DNA of 55,458 nucleotides from positions 1 to 55,458 of IMG/VR virus record IMGVR_UViG_3300044580_000222; one strand, 5' to 3'. Within the stretch, counting starts at the first letter, position 1; each line of letters begins with the position of its first letter. Under the pieces are notes generated by a model. The model was not told the origin of the DNA, made no database searches, and saw only the letters and a list, made by a program, of their open reading frames with translations. A program made the position numbers and the translations under genes. Shown in pieces: positions 55,072-55,458 of the stretch. This DNA comes from a virus (taxonomy: Duplodnaviria > Caudoviricetes).

Positions 55072-55458
55072 TGACACTTGCATCAACGATGTATCCGCTT
55101 AAAGACGGATCTCCAAAGGCATTAACCACGGCAGACATTACCGACACAGATACGCAATTGTATATCTCTGAACTGTCTGTTCTCCCGGCTGCACCGAATT
55201 TATTGATAATTTATACTTCTCCGACAGTATGGGAGAGATGTAAATTCACGCTGAAACAGTCTGCATCAGGAGCAGGATACGTGAATATCGTCCGGTCAGG
55301 TGATGAATGGGCGAGTTCAACCGGTTCAGCACAATCGTTCGCAACGGGGGCGAAAGTCGCACGGAACGTATTCAAACCAGACTTTGACGCATTACAGGCA
55401 AACATAACCGATTGCGAAGGCAGAATAACCGATTGCGAAGGCAGAATAACCGATTGCG
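55071..55458 (+). CDS. tail protein (MTLASTMYPLKDGSP...FDALQANITDCEGR...), continues at nt 1
   Basis: TAATG overlap; open to the contig end; ends in ITDCEGR heptads. Confidence 0.75.
   Translation, partial: MTLASTMYPLKDGSPKALTTADITDTDTQLYISELSVLPAAPNLLIIYTSPTVWERCKFTLKQSASGAGYVNIVRSGDEWASSTGSAQSFATGAKVARNVFKPDFDALQANITDCEGRITDCEGRITDC
55404..55458 (+). repeat. 21-bp tandem repeat, right contig end
   Basis: 55 nt of ATAACCGATTGCGAAGGCAGA units. Confidence 0.97.

Overview
This window is an apparently complete, circularly permuted ~55.4 kb temperate head-tail (siphovirus-like, Caudoviricetes) virus of an archaeon. The host is most plausibly a Methanomicrobiales methanogen such as Methanospirillum. 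That is an inference from the MCM helicase, archaeal-type ThyA, DUF2080 and RHH regulators, TATA promoters and GGTGA/GAGGTG ribosome sites. The contig is broken inside a 21-bp tandem repeat in a tail gene. Modules: distal tail/receptor binding (54.4 kb through the ends to 6.5 kb); tyrosine integrase and a divergent RHH switch (6.7-10.4 kb); early/replication genes with HNH, MCM, DUF1064-like nuclease and ThyA (10.4-20.5 kb); a putative egress module (20.8-22.9 kb); a ParB-dpdA-queD-queE-queC-folE 7-deazaguanine DNA-modification operon running into terS/terL; then portal, head, neck, tail tube, frameshifting chaperone and a 1776-aa tape measure. Most notable unexplained structure: (1) six near-identical 43-bp palindromic promoter elements, each ending in a start-stop mini-ORF, heading cassettes of small acidic/Zn-finger genes wedged into the late region (candidate anti-defence regulon); (2) a DGR-type variable region in a tail adhesin with no RT or template repeat visible in the contig; (3) a G9 tract in the 5' part of dpdA (possible phase-variable DNA modification); (4) a perfect 42-bp palindromic element repeated in inverted orientation 32 kb apart; (5) a structured intergenic RNA ending in a tRNA-like acceptor/T-arm domain; (6) strong GATC avoidance in the core that is absent from the tail-tip module. 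All calls come from reading motifs by eye; no database searches were run.
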